DNA of 43,621 nucleotides, taken from positions 42,748,484 through 42,792,104 of the forward strand of contig NC_068985.1 of assembly GCF_001194135.2 (NCBI RefSeq). Direction: 5' to 3'. How positions within the stretch are numbered: the first letter of the stretch is position 1; each line of letters begins with the position of its first letter. The translations under genes were made by a program, and so were the position numbers. The notes under the pieces are model-generated. The model was not told the origin of the DNA. It saw only the letters and a program-made list of their open reading frames with translations, and searched no databases. Below, piece by piece: positions 10,101 to 25,100 of the stretch. The stretch is from Octopus bimaculoides (taxonomy: Eukaryota).

Positions 10101-13100
10101 CACTTCTGCTGTTTACACTAGTACTTGGAAGTAATGTGTGATCATTGCATTGACCATGACGGAGAAAGTTGAGCAGAGAATTTGAATCAAGTTTTGCCAA
10201 AAGCTTGGGGATACCTGCTCAGAGGCCTATGCAAAGTTTTCAAAAAGTTTTCGTCATTCTTGACACAGTCAAGGAGATCTTGTGCAAATGAAACCTGAGT
10301 ATCCATTTGGTTGGCTGAAAGCAGTTTTGGCATAAATTTGGTAGACACACGTCTTGTACCCAAATCTTCAGTGGTAATGGACTGAAATGAACCCTAACTA
10401 ATCTGCACATCTTCTGATAACTCAGATGGTGATTTGACAATTTCCCCTTACAGCTGCATACACATCTGCAATGTTTTTCTCAGTTCTGCTGGTTGTGGGT
10501 CTCCCAGAACGTTCATCACTATCAACATTTTTGGGCCATTTTGGAAACATCTGAACCACTTGTACACTTGTGTGTGGCTTATACACTCCTCTCCATACAC
10601 TTTCTGCAACTTTGTATTGTCCTCTGACAACATTGTCACCATGACAACATTTTCTGTCATGGTCAGTGCGATGATCACATGTTACACATGTTACTTCCAA
10701 GCACTGCAATGGTCAAGGTCAATCTGTACCAAGCGGCTTCACTCTGCATGCTTTAGCTTCCTTACCATGGCAACAGTCCTGATACTTATTGATCAAACCT
10801 CGTATTTGACTTAGTACTTACAGTTTCCGCAAGTATTTTCATGTTTTACTAATGGCTAGGGTAATTCTGTCTATTTTAATATTTAAAATGAAGTCTTTTT
10901 GTAGAGGAGGAGCAAGTCCATGACTTCTGTAGGTTCTCTCAAATTGGTGAGATTAATACAGCTGTAGATCCTTTTCTATGGGAAAAAACTATGGGTTTGA
11001 TCCAAATGTTTTATATCCTTCTATACATTGGATATACAAATTTCACGATGCCGGGGTAGACACAACTGTCTTCAAATGATGTACTTCAAATTACTCCATT
11101 AAACATGATACTCCAATAAATACAAACTCTCAACAACTTCCTATGACTTACATGAACTCTCAACAACTCCCGACCTCTCTGGTCTCAACCAATACTACTC
11201 TTTATAATAGTTCAGCTAGTCCATTCTTCCAATCTCACTGGGGTGTCAATGACAACATCACAACGTCTCCCCTTTTCAGATTTACTTCCTAGGGTTTAAT
11301 ATTTCTTCCATTTAGGTACTACTTCCAACCATTCTGTTTGTTCCTCTTTCTTGTGCTACTACACCTAGGTTCGATTACTTGTGGCATTGGTAAATCAAAG
11401 GTGTCGTAGAGCACTTCCATGGGTATCTCTTTTCTTTTTTTCTGTATATCTATTTTTTAACTGGTTTAGATATCTTTTGTGTTCCAATTTTTTTTCCTCT
11501 TACCATATACATCATTTTGCCTATTTGCTTTGTTCCTACTCTGTCTTTCCAACCCTCTCTTATATTTTTATATATTTTGAAAAACACCTTGTCATTGATA
11601 TTAAAATACTTTGTTGTATTTTTAGTGTTTTCCCTATTTGTTTTTACTGGTAACAGCTTGTCAAAAATTGACATTATTTTTCACAAACTTTCTTTTGTGA
11701 GCCCTGGCTAGATTTTCTGTTGAGAAATCCTTCCCAGAATTTTTTCCGTTCAACCTTTTATTTTTTTCTGCTCTGCAATGAGAGCTTTTGTCAGATTTTT
11801 TTGACAGTTAAAACATTTAAAATTTATAAATGGACAGTTATTTTTAAAATGTAGACCTCCGCACTCATAGGTCTTGATCTGTGTTTTTCTTTTTCCTTAT
11901 CCATTACAGGTCCACATGCATGTATGTGAGAGTAATCCTTTTCCTCAATTTTATTTGCATCATGTTGTAGACTAATAATTCTCTGACATTCCTCTGCCAC
12001 TGCTTTCCAAGTCAAATTCTGGTCCTGTTCTAATTTTGTCAATATCCAGGCATGTATCTCTGCATCTTTGCTTGCAGTTAACCCTTGAACAAAAATTAGA
12101 CATTTAAACAAATCCATTCTTTTAGTTTGAATTTTCTTTTGACGACTCTGGCATAGGTAACGAAATCTTCATCTTTTTTTACTCAATTCAAACGCTCCCA
12201 GTGAGTATTGAACAGAGAACTTCTCTCACTGAAAAGTTTTGATAACAATTTGTTTCAGCAAGACAAATTTCACATGGTTTTTGGGGGCAGAATGTAGTTA
12301 CAGTATTTTTTGTGTTTAGCAGGGGATAATTTTCTTAAAAGTAGTCGTACCTTTTCATTGTCAGTTCAAATTTTGCATTCCTCTTTGAAGATTTCTTCAT
12401 ATCTTTGGAAATATGGAGAAAAAATAATACCTTCTTCTGGCCATCTGGCAAGAACGAACCTAAAGAAATTTTGGACTTCAACATTAATTCCAGCAACTGT
12501 TGGTATTGTTATAATTGCTGCTGTAACTGTTGTTGCTGTTGCAACTGCACCATGGAGGCTAATAAATCTTCCATATCAACTAATTTTTCTTTGATTTTGT
12601 ATCAAAAGAAAATGTTAATGTCGGATGTAAGCTTCGAATAAATTTATCGCTACTTTTGTAAGTGGATATCCTCGTTGCCACTTTTATATCTTCCTATACG
12701 TTGGGTACACTGATTTCACAAAGCAGGGATACACACAACTGTCTTCACGCGATGTACTTCAAATTACTCCACTAAACACGATACTTCAATAAATACAAAC
12801 TCTCAATGATCTCAATGACTTCCACAAACTCTCGACGACTCCTACAACCTCAACCAGTATGCCACTCTTTATAAGAGTTCAGCTAGTCAATTCTTCCAAT
12901 CCCACAAGGATGTCAATGACTCTCACCACAACAAAATATCTGAAACTAAGCTAAATGGATCAATTCTCACAGGGATGATAATAAACTGGAGTGGTTAGTT
13001 GAAAGAGTTAAAATATTGCAAACTTCTCACCTGTAATGCAAGATTCTATTGATTTATATCTAAGGGGTTAATTGAGGCAAATAAAGTCTCTGCTTGCTAA

Positions 13101-16100
13101 ACTGTTTTGACGCATCTAGTGTGACAGGATATCGTATTTTTTAATCTTATGATTTGTTTGTTGTCTGAAACTTAACATCACATCTACTTTTCTGCTTTTT
13201 ACTCAAGAATTTTTGCACATAAAATAATTTTATATTGCTCAAGACCTTGGAATTAATTCAATATTCTTTAACTTCATTTTGTCCCCTTTACTAATTAAAT
13301 TCTCTTTTCTTAAAACTCATATTAATATCCACATTTTGATAGAATCAATAGAGCAATGGGTACAACTATATCTTGTATTATTTAAGTTGTGCCCTTTTAT
13401 GCTGTAAGTTTCAATCCCACTGAGGGTGGATTTTGCCTTTCATACTTCCAGAATCAATAAAACTAAATACCTGTCATGTGCTCCGCTTCCCTTGTGATTG
13501 TGTTATAAATTAATATTTTGATGCAATGAAAGTTTCCATCTAAATATTAATGTTACATTTGTTGTTTGTTACAGTTAAAAGCTTCTTACAGTCTTTTGTT
13601 TCTGTTATTTAAAAATTTTTTATTTTTTTTTAGGAAACAGTATTAGTGAGTCATGTTGAAAACTGCAATGTTATCTGGGTGCAAGTAGTGACTGAAGATG
13701 TACAGGAAAAACTGTTATATGTCACCAACCAGCTGGCAGAAGTCTGTCCAAAAGCAAAGAAAGTTGAAAAAATCCAGTTGAATAAAGTATGATTCAGTAT
13801 TCTTTCTCTATTTAAGATAATTGTTTAATATTTTGGGATTTCTTGACAGTAGATGAAATTTCTTTTTTATGTATAACTACATGAAAATCTGAATCTACTT
13901 CAAGAGTTACCATTTTTATTTCTTCATGAAACTCACCCAATTTTATTATTGTTTACTAAAGTTCAGATTTTCCTTTTATTAGGTTTCTTGTTAATTTTAC
14001 TACTATTTTTTCCCACTTCAGATTTTTGCTGCCAAGTTTTCTGAAGATCAACTTTGGTACCGGTGTATTATCAGAGAGCAGCAGCAACATTTGTCTAGCA
14101 AGGTAAATGGATGAATTTGATGAACAGCCTTGACTCTCTTGTTTTAGTATAATAATGGTTTCTAATTTATCAGTTGGAACCATATATTTGGGTGAGGAAG
14201 TAGTTAGTTTATCATTACCCATCCTCTTTACTTTAATACTTACTTTATTAAGAAACTTCAGAGGAATGAAGGAAAAAAGTTAATCTTTGTACCATTTTAA
14301 TTCAGAACATAAAAGTAAATATGACAAGGTGTTTTGTCCATTTTTGTCCTCCTGTTCTACCACACACTACCCTTTCCAACAACACCAGTTTGTCCACTAT
14401 GACTACTCACTTCCTACTATGTCCAAGCTGGCTTTTTTCTTTAATTTTACTGAATTAGTCTGGAAGAAAGTGCTGTGTCCCTAGCTTTCACATTCCTCCA
14501 AGACTGTTGAGATCAATACAGTTATTGTTCCTCTTCGACAGTTGATGACTACAGGAAAAAACATACAAGAATGGAATTCCAGAGGGCCAACATTCTGAGG
14601 AGAAAAGACTGGGTATAGTGGTTAATGTGGGAACTATGGGTTGGGGAGGGGTGAACACAATATGGTGGGGTGAGAGGAGAAAAGATGAGTGGGTGAGCTA
14701 GGTGGGACAAAGTGGAAATGGTACGGTTAGTGTTGAGGATGAGTACAGGTTATTGTTACATTAGAAAAGCTATTGAGAGACCAAGTATGGTGTCTGTGGG
14801 CCAGAGGTTGGAGTGTTTTGGTCAGTGTCTTCATATCAATTAAGTCAAGTGATCTTTCTTTGGCAACAGTATTTATATATATTATTCGCTATTAAAGTCT
14901 CTTGTTGTCTCTTTATGGTCTGGTCACTAACACATGCATGACCAGATGTCAGTAACCAGCAGTGTTCCCTCTAAGCTGTACACTTGTGTGTACATACATG
15001 GTCGTGTGGTTAAGAAGCTCACTTTGCAACCATGTGGTTTTGGTTTCAGTCCCACTGTGCAGCACCTTAGGCAAGTGTCTTCTACTATAGCCCTGTGTGG
15101 AACCTTTTGTTACATGCATACACATGTTTGTGTTGTCCACTCCACCACTGCTTGACAACTGGTGTTGGTTTGTTTACATCCCATAACTTAGTGGATCAGC
15201 AAAAGAGACCAATAGAATAAGTACTAGACTTAAAGATATGTACTGGTGTCAATTTGTTTGGCTGAAACCTTTTGAGGTGGTGCTCCAGCATAGCTGCAGT
15301 TCAATGACTGAAAGAAGTTAAAGGTGACATACAAACTTACGCACAAAAGGATGAAATTGAAGATGATTATTCACACATGTACTTTGCAGAGAAAAACAAA
15401 ATTTGCACACATCTGCAGCTAAAAGTTAGAACATTGGTAAATATATAAACTAAGGACCTTGATACTTAATGATATTTATGGCACAGGTTTGGCTGTGGTT
15501 AAGAAGTTTGTTTCCCAACCACATGGTTGCAGATTCAATCCCACTGCATGGCAACTTAGGTCTTATACTATAACTCCAGGCTACCAAAGCCTTGTGAGTG
15601 GATTTGGTAGGCAGACTCAGTTAGAAGCCTGTCACTTGTGTTTGTGTATATATTTCCTTGTCTTGTCACTGTCATACAAGCAATGTTATTCATTTCCAAT
15701 GTTCTACAAAAACCTGTTTGGTCACAGGGAACTATTACCTCGCTTGGAAACAGGTGAGAGTTGGCAACTGGTAGGGCATTCAGCAATAGAAAATCTGCTT
15801 CATTAATTTCTATTGGAATGCAAGCATGGAGAAGAGATGTTAAAATGATGATTTTTGTACAAAAATATACGTTTATGCGTAAATGACTAAGTTCATGTGA
15901 TTCTTTTGTGTCCTTAAATACACTGCTTTGTCTTTGTTATCATTTTAGGTTCGAGTATCTTTCGTCGACTATGGGAATGAAGAAGAGACCTGTGTAAATA
16001 ATCTGGTTGAAGTTCCTCCAAACATCTGTGAATTTAAGCCATTTGCTCGCAAAGTCATTTTGAACCTTACGAAATCCAAAAAGTACATGGATGAAAAAGT

Positions 16101-19100
16101 AATTGTTTTTTTTTCTCTTTTTTCTTTTTTAAAAACTAATTTATGATATTTGCCAACAAGACCATGGTATATTTGCCAATTAGACCATGGTGTATTAGTC
16201 ATTTTTTTTATTTGTTTATTTTAACTTAGTTCATAGGTCAAATACAAATACCAGCTTGTTGCATGGTAAGAATAAGACCACCAAAAACTGCAATATGAAA
16301 AGGATTCAAAAGAATAACCATCCTGCATCATTTGTCATGTGGGTTAACAAAGGGTACATTTAGGTTGCTTCTGATAAAATCCTATTGAGGAAGTTTCTGA
16401 GGACTCTGCTCCCTCAACCCTCCCAGGAATATTGGACAAATGGATGGATTTTAACTTAAAAATCAACATTTTTTAATAGTTTTCTTGTTAGTTTTAGGAA
16501 GTAAATAAAAATATACCTTAATAAAGATAATTTATGTATTATATGGTTGCATAAGTAAATGTTACTGTTATCCTATACATGTAGAATCTTAAAATCAGTT
16601 TCCATTAAATATCAACACAGAGACTTTCTTCTTGCCCTATTATTAATATAAGCTTTGTTGTTTTATTTTCTATTCATTATTTAGGGATTGGCTTTTGTAA
16701 AGGAATTCACAAATGGAAAATTGCTAAAACTACACCCAGCTGGTCGTTTGTCTGATGGCACTGGAATCTATGGGGAATTATTCTATGATGGTTTTAGTCT
16801 CAGTGACCTTTTTGTGCAGGAGGGCTACATTGTTAAAAAGACACTCCCACAGAAAAATAACTTGCAAAATTCTCTTAGCTCACCTAACATGATGCCATTA
16901 AATTGTTCACACCAGTCATCACGACCTTCTTCTAGTTTGGGAAATCATGCACCAAGTCTTTTACCAACCCCAGTCAGTAATCTGGAGCAAGTTAATTATG
17001 TGAACAAAAATACATTGACACAGTGAGTACTACTACTACTGATTATATAATGGTGATGAAATGACAGGATTGGATCAGTAAAGTGATGAATAAAATGTTT
17101 TGTGATATCTGGAGATGTTTCTTTACATTTGGGGTTCAAATCCCATTAAGGTGAACTTTGTCTTTCATTCAGGGTCTCAATAAAATAAGTACTAGTCAAG
17201 TGATAGGATTGATTTAATCAGCTACACTTCTACCTCAGATTGTGCTTGTCTCAGAAATTGAATATTGTTCTATAAAGTTTTTTAATTTAATCAGATTTCA
17301 TTGATTTTTATAAATATTTTATTATACAATATAATAACTGATGTTTCTGAAGGGAAAGTTGCATGTTGGCATGTATGAAAGGAGCTGTGTTTTATGGCAA
17401 TGAAACATGGATAATGAATGGAAAGCAGCAGTGAAAGCTGAAAAGAGTGAAACGCAGTGGATAAAAGGAGAGAGGAAGACAATGAATTGAGGAGCATGAT
17501 TGGAATAGAGCCAGAGATGGTTGATGGGAGAAGAAAAGGAATGAAAGGGTTGGTCATGTGCTGAGGAAGGATGAAGGTGATTGGGTGAGATGAACGTGGA
17601 AAGAAGACTAGGAAAGACATGGTTAAAGATGATAGAGGATGAAATGAGCAGTTGTAGAGTAAAGAGTAAAATGATGAAAATTTAAGAGGTTTGTAAGGAT
17701 AATTCCTGCTTTAACATAGAGAATGGCCTCAAAACACTTGCTGCTGCTGTTGTTTTAATCGTTCACTTGTCAACTTGTTATTCATGTGTTGATCAGTTGC
17801 TGTCCACTAGTTAGTACTTATTATACAAACGGTATTGTTGTTTTAATCTTTTACTGGTTTCAATGGTTGGATTGAAGTCTTACTAAGGCACTGTCTTCTA
17901 TAGTATCATTAATTAGATTGACCCTAGTACATAACTGCTACTTATTTTATGTTCTAGAAGAGTTAACTTTAATGTCAGCCTGAACTCAAAATATAAAATT
18001 GTATTATCATTTCATATATATATTATTTTATACATTATAATTGTAATAATTAATCAGAACATTTATGTAGAAGTTAATGTCTCATTTAATCTTGGCTAAG
18101 ATTTAAACTTTTGAATCAAACGATAATTTAACTTTTAAAATCTTAAGTTCTGTATCCTTGTTATATATTGATGTAGCTTAGACATTTATGTGTTGTTAGT
18201 AAAACAATTATTTTTCCATTGTGTGTTCATCTAGTGACTTGCGAGAACCAATTCCTAAATTACATGGCTGGATTTCAGATGGAAAAAATACATTAGTACA
18301 ACTACAATCAGAACTAACATCGACTAAACAAGAATTAGCACAGATAAGACAAGAAAAAGATGCCCTTCTGCTAGAACTTAGCAATACACAAAGTAAACTT
18401 AAGGTATATCTTTCTTCTCTTTTTTTTTTTTTTTTTGTTTTATTTAAGTTCTAGTAACATTCTACATATTAATTAAAGGTAATTTATTTCATGAAAAATT
18501 ACTTTAAATATTTCTTAATGTTCTTGTTATTGTCATGTTTAAGTATCTAACTCAGAGTTTCTTACCTGATCATTATTTGATGCTAGCCATTGAAACTTTT
18601 ATTTACACCTTTGGTGACCCACTTATTGTTGTGTAAAAAGAAAGGTTAGATATGTGTTGGATATATGATCACTGATGTAATGTTTGCTGTCACTGTTTGT
18701 TATGAATTATAATATCCTATCATTAATTCCTTTCTACAATAGTAAATAATAGATAAAAATATAGATATCTTATTTTGTGTTGAGTACAAAAATGCGGTAT
18801 AGTGTTGAATGATGTTGATAGATGGACACTGTCTTTACCTAACATAAAACGAGTCTCAATCATTAGACAGCGAGCAGAAATAACGTTTGAAAAAAAGCCT
18901 TCTTTGAACTGGTTTATTACACTGTTGCAGTGTTTAAAATCATTTTTATAATGTTATAACCACCATTTTTATAAAGCAGTGAGCTGACAGAATCATTAAC
19001 ACGCTGGACAGAATGCTTAAAGGCATTTCATCCATCCTTATGTTTTGAGTTCAAATTCTGCCAAGGTTGACTTTGCCTTTCATCCTTTTGGGATTGGTGA

Positions 19101-22100
19101 AATATGTAACAGTCAAGCACTGAGGTTGATATGATTGACTATCCCCCTCCCCCAAAATTGCAGACCTTTTGTCTATAATAGAAAGGATTATAATGTTTAT
19201 AATCGCATATCATCATCCATAAGAAGGTGATGAACAGTAAAAGGCTATCCTAAATGCTAACGGTGTCTACTTTCAAATTGATTGATTTTTATTGTTCTGA
19301 TTTCAAATCCTGTGGGATTTGATTTTACCATTCATTTCTCTTGGGTCAATAAGTAGATGTACAGAGAGTTAAGTGGAGAGAATTGTCTTTTTATAAAATT
19401 TTTAATGATTTAGTTTGAAGAGAAAGGAGTAGCATCCATGATTCTTCTGAGAGGAGGGAGGCAGGAAGTTATCCTCAAACCAAAGGCCTGGTTTGAATGT
19501 CTGTAGTAGAGTGGACACTCTGTTAAAGTGTCCCAAAGGAACAGACGGTGGTGGTGTTAAACTGACAAAATTAAGTCTGTCATCCAAGTGCAGGAATGGT
19601 TATTTTAAAAGATTCCATTCAGCTTCTATCTCTAAAATTGTAGATATGACAATTGTCTGAGATTCAACCACCACCAAAAATAAAAAGCCAAAAGGTAACT
19701 TCCTAATCACATATTCATGCAAATTTATGACTTTCAGTCAGTGCAAGAACTTGATACAATTAGTCGATCAGTTGAAAGACATGATCATTTGTAGAACAGA
19801 TGATTTTTTTTTACCATTTTGATGGTTTGTATGTTCAAATATTACCATCTTGGTTTTAGATTTAATAGCTGAAGTGTTGATGAGTTGATTAACATTTAAT
19901 ACAGATAATGTGGAATATCTGAATTAGATGTTTCACACTGGGACACCAGAACACCATGTGGTTGGCTTATGAAATTTAGGACTTCATAGGCCAAAGTGGC
20001 ACAAAAGTATTTTGTGTATGTGTGTTTTCTTCGTCTCTGTCTATCTCTTTATTTCTCTCACACACATCTCTCTCTCATTTCATTCAAAATACAGAGATCC
20101 TCATTCTTATTTTCTAAATATATATTCCAATCACTAATTTTGAGAAATAAAATTAGATACTAGTATCCTATTTATCCATAATTTACTTTGTTTCTATCAA
20201 ACAGAATATTCAAACTGAATACAACAACAAACTTTCTGAAAATTCTTATCATGAGTTGGTGAGTGATTTATATTTATTATTATTTTTGTTTTTTCTGTTA
20301 ATCTGGTGGAAAAGATCAATGTCCATAACAGTTGCCAGGCTTCTTTGTCTGATGCTGTTTGTGCAACTGCAGCACATCTTCAACAACTGTAGGATAGAGG
20401 GAACTGCAGTTTGGTCTGAATTCTTGCAATAATAGACTGAACTCACTAAAGATGCCTCAGGATTACTGGCTGGTGGTGAGTTTGGTATATCTCTTAACTG
20501 GAATTAATACAAAAGATAACGAAAAAATATTTCTGTATTAGATGAAGACAATAGCATCTCAATTGAACGTACTTCTGGTATATTCTAAAGAATATTCTTC
20601 ATTACAAACAATGAAAACTCAAGTTCACAGTTTGAATGAAATGGTTTTTTGGAAACCGTTGTAGTCTGTTTATTTTCTTTACCTTAGCAGTCACTATGAG
20701 ATCTAATGTATTGCTTTATAGAATAACAAAACATTCTATAATCTAGCTGATGTTTAACTTCTATCCAGGAATAGATTGTTAATAGTTTCTACAATGACCA
20801 TTGCATATTGACTTTTGTACATAATTTGATACATGCATATTGAGTAGTACCTGGTGCAAGTGTCTTCTACTATTGTTGTGGGCTAACCAAATCCTGAGTG
20901 AATTTGGTGGATAAGAAACTGAAAGAAACTTGTCATATGTGTTTTCCCTTGTCTTGACATTATGTGATGTTTATAAACAAACATCAACATCACACAAGCA
21001 GTGTTAGATTTCCAATCTACCATGAAAACATGTCTGGCCATGAAAACAGGTGAGGGTTGGTGACAAGAATGACATCTAGTTATAGGTGACTGGAATGACA
21101 TCCAGTTATAGACATATTCTGTTTGACCCATGCAAACACGGAAAAGAGGACATTAAAACGATGATAGTAATACTGTTGTTGACATCATCATCATCATCGT
21201 TATTTTATGACTATTTTTCTACACAGATTCAGATTCATAGAATGTTTATCTTTTATCACTGTATGTACTCCCTATACTGACAGTCTGTTATGAATAGACT
21301 GTAATTTCTATAAAATAAAGATTTTTTTCATTCTTTAAGAAAATAGCATTTTTGTTTGGATTTTGATATTTTTATTCATATATTTTAATTGTTATTAATA
21401 ATAATGGAATATAATTCCTCTTTTAATTCCAGACTAAAAATATAATAACACTTACTGAAAAAGTAAGGAAGTTAAGGTAAGTCATAATGTATGTGTGTTT
21501 GTATCTATATACACACACACACACACATAATCAAACATTTTTGAAATGCATTCTTCAGTATTCAAGTAATTCAAAATTGGTTGGCTCAAGTGCTGTCTGT
21601 TGGAATTGCATTAAACAAAACATTCTTTGCCTAGACAAGGAAAACTAAGTAGTATGAAATAGAAAATGATAAAAAAGAAAATCAGCCTAAGCCCAGTAGT
21701 GCAGCATGCTCAGCACACTCTCTTACCTTTAATTAATTTGGCTTTGGAAATTCTTTGATAAAGTCATAGAATGACATTTCTCATGGCACCAGTAGACAAA
21801 ATGGAAAAGGTGTTGCCTTGGAGGATAGCAAGGGAGATGTGCTGGAACAGCCACTCTGACTCATGGGGCTTGCACTTGCAGACAGCAATCTCTGCTCTGA
21901 TAGCAGTGAGCAGGGATATAGTCTGGGGGAAAAGAATGCTGGCAAAAGGCAACAAGCTGGCAGAATCATTAACATGTCAGACAATATGCTTATTGGCATT
22001 TCTTCCAGCTTTGCATTCTGAGTTCAAATGCTGCCAAAGTTGACTTTACCTTTCATTCTTTCAGGGTCGATAAAATAAGTACCAGTTGAACACTGGGGTC

Positions 22101-25100
22101 AATGTAATCAATTAGCATCTTCCCCACCAAATTTCTGGCCTTGTGCCTGTAGTTGAAACAATAATTAGATGCAGGCATGGCAGTGTGGTTAAGAAGTCAC
22201 TTCCCAACAACATGATTTCAGGTTTAGCCCTACTGTATGGCACTTTGGATAAGTGTTTCCTACTATAGCTTGGGGCTGATCAAAGTTTTGTGAGTGGGTT
22301 TGGTTGAGGGAAACTGAAGAAGCCCATTGTATATGTGCATGTATGTATGTATGTGTGTGTGTGTGTGTTCATATTTCACTTGTCTACACTGTTTTTTTGC
22401 TCACTGATTGTATACATGAAAACAGTAGGTCCATGTCATTTGCTTGCAGTCCACCATGAAAGCATGTTTGTGCTTGACATGTTGTGTAACCTTTTTAAAC
22501 AAAAGACTTGTTCTTAGAGTTGTTTGTTTTCAGTTCTTCACATAAACATGTCCAGGCTGTTGGTCAGTATTTTGGGAGATTATTATCTCACTAGGAAACA
22601 AGTTAGCCACAAGAAGGCTGTTCGGCCATAAAAAAATCTCAGCTTTAACATTCTCATCCAAATCTTGTAAGCATGGAAAGATAGATGTTAAAATGATAAC
22701 AATCATGATGATGCTTTCAAGTGTTTTTAGATTCAATTTAACTGCATAGTATATATGTGTCTAGACCTCATTTCAATTTGATTTCTAATTGTTATCAGGT
22801 TTTTTATTCCTGGATGTTTACATGATTGAGATTGGATTGGAACTATGTTCTTATGTACTCATTTAATGGATCAGAATAATGTTCTTACGTACTCATTTAA
22901 TGGATCAGAACATTTTCTCAGTTTGAATCTAGCTCAGGACCATGAATTCATCCAGAAATAACACACTTCTTGATGATGTTGATTAATAATTTTGTAGGAA
23001 TGATGTAAGAATTAGCATACTTAGTTTAGAGATTTCCTTACTGGAGATTTTTCATTTTTAGGAGTCAGTTCCCAACAAATGGAGAGGGTGGCTCCAGTAC
23101 TTTAACGAAAGCCATAGAACTAGCAACGAGCCGAGAAAGAATGCAGACGCTGTCTCCAAGTTCTCTCAATACTGTAAATAATATAATTTCTGTGTTTAAT
23201 GCTTCACAGAAAGAAATATTGAACAGTGATAAAAATCAGGTAGGTTTACCATTTCTATTTTATTAATCAAAACAACACAAAAAATCATATTACTTTCCAA
23301 ATTTTCATTATTATTTCTGTTTCTTTCATTTTATTCTGTTGCCTTCAAATATTTTTATAACATTAAATAGTAGTTTAATTTTCTTTTTAAATAGCTTTAA
23401 ACTAGTTATTATTAGTTTGGCAGACATCAGCAAAAATACAAAATATAGTTTGCATCCATATAATTCTTCTTTGCCATTAATGTTGGACAAGTTAAAAATA
23501 TTTAAAGCTGTCTTAATTTTATTAAAATAGCAATTTGTTTACTCAATTTTCAATCCAACTTCTATGAGAAACAGTACTTTCTACTAACTGAATTTTTTAC
23601 ATAATTTCCAGTCCACTCTGTCTTTTGTGTATCTGGACTGTACGTTCCTCAGTTAGTTTTGTTGTTGGAAATAGGTACCATGTTATCTGTGATAAACCAG
23701 TATTTAGCTGTTTGGAATACATACCGTGTCTTGTTTGTCAAACCAACATAGCTATTAGAAATAGGTCCCATGTCATCTGTGAAAAACCAAAATCTAGCTA
23801 TTAGGAATAGGTACATGTTATGTGATAAAACATTTTATGAAGAGATTAATCTCTTGTTCATCTTGAAATGAAAGATTAACTCATGTTCTTAAAAGTCTCC
23901 TAAAGCTTAGAAGTTACATTTATATTTCACAATTGCTGCTGGTCATGTTAAAATCCTTTCTACCACCTTATTTTTGCAATCTCACCAGTGTGTCTATGTC
24001 TGTAGTTGTTGACACTGCTGCTACATCCTGGTCTCTCATGAACAGTTGATCAATGTAACATCAACTTACTGTAATATTTTAAGCATCTGGACAAGAGAAA
24101 TGTAAAAAAAATAACAAAACCCTTCAGACATGGGGTGACATCTAAGGAGTTTTGATTTAGGAATTATTTGTAAAAAATATTTACTTTAAAATATACACAT
24201 TATTCCAAAAACCATTATCTGTAGCCCGTGATTTATTTAATTAATAGCTGCTCATTAAGTAAACTGATTAAAATAATTAGCTGTATATCAAGCAATTAGC
24301 TGTATTGAGGAAGCCATCACAGCTAGATTTTTTTATTCACTCCCATCTATGATACTTCATGCTTACTTAAAAAAAAAAAACGATTACCATAATAATTCTT
24401 GTTAGATTTTCTTTTCATTGCATCACTAAGTGCATCCTTCAGTGTCTTCAGTGTTGTTTTGGACAATGAGGGACATCTCATTAACCATTTAGTGTTTCTT
24501 TTTTTTTTTTATAAATGTTCTTTGTGTTTGAGTGTTGTTTGTTGTGAAGACTTTGATAATATTAGAAGGTAATTGCATTGTGTGTGTGTATAAATACATA
24601 ACTAGAGCAATAAATAAAAGTTAATTATTAAATTCGATTATAGGTTGTGTTAATCGCATGAAGGGATGGTTTCATCCAAGGAAATACTGGTTCAATACCT
24701 AGTATTTTTGGGGAATTAATTTCCTTAAAATAATAGGTATATATATAAAAGCATGGTTTATATTCATCTAAAAGAAGAAAAAGAAAATGGAGATTGGGAA
24801 GTTGTTAATTGTTTATTATTAACAGCAAATTAATCATTTGCACTTACAGCTGTTTCAATTAATACTCAGTAAATATTAAGTAAATATATAATTTATATTT
24901 ATATGACCTGAGCATATATGTGTTCATGGATGCATCATGATGATGATTAATTTGCTGTTAATAATAAACATTTAACTTCCCAATCTCAATTTTCTTTTTC
25001 TTCTTCTATTTATATTTATATATATATAAATTGGATTTATGCAACAATAGTTGTGCTATTGAAATTAAAATGTTTTGTATAGTTAATTTTGCCAGGACTG

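Noticed and set aside
17040-17115. Box C/D snoRNA (GTGATGA motifs)
   Set aside because: No properly placed CTGA box D or terminal stem.
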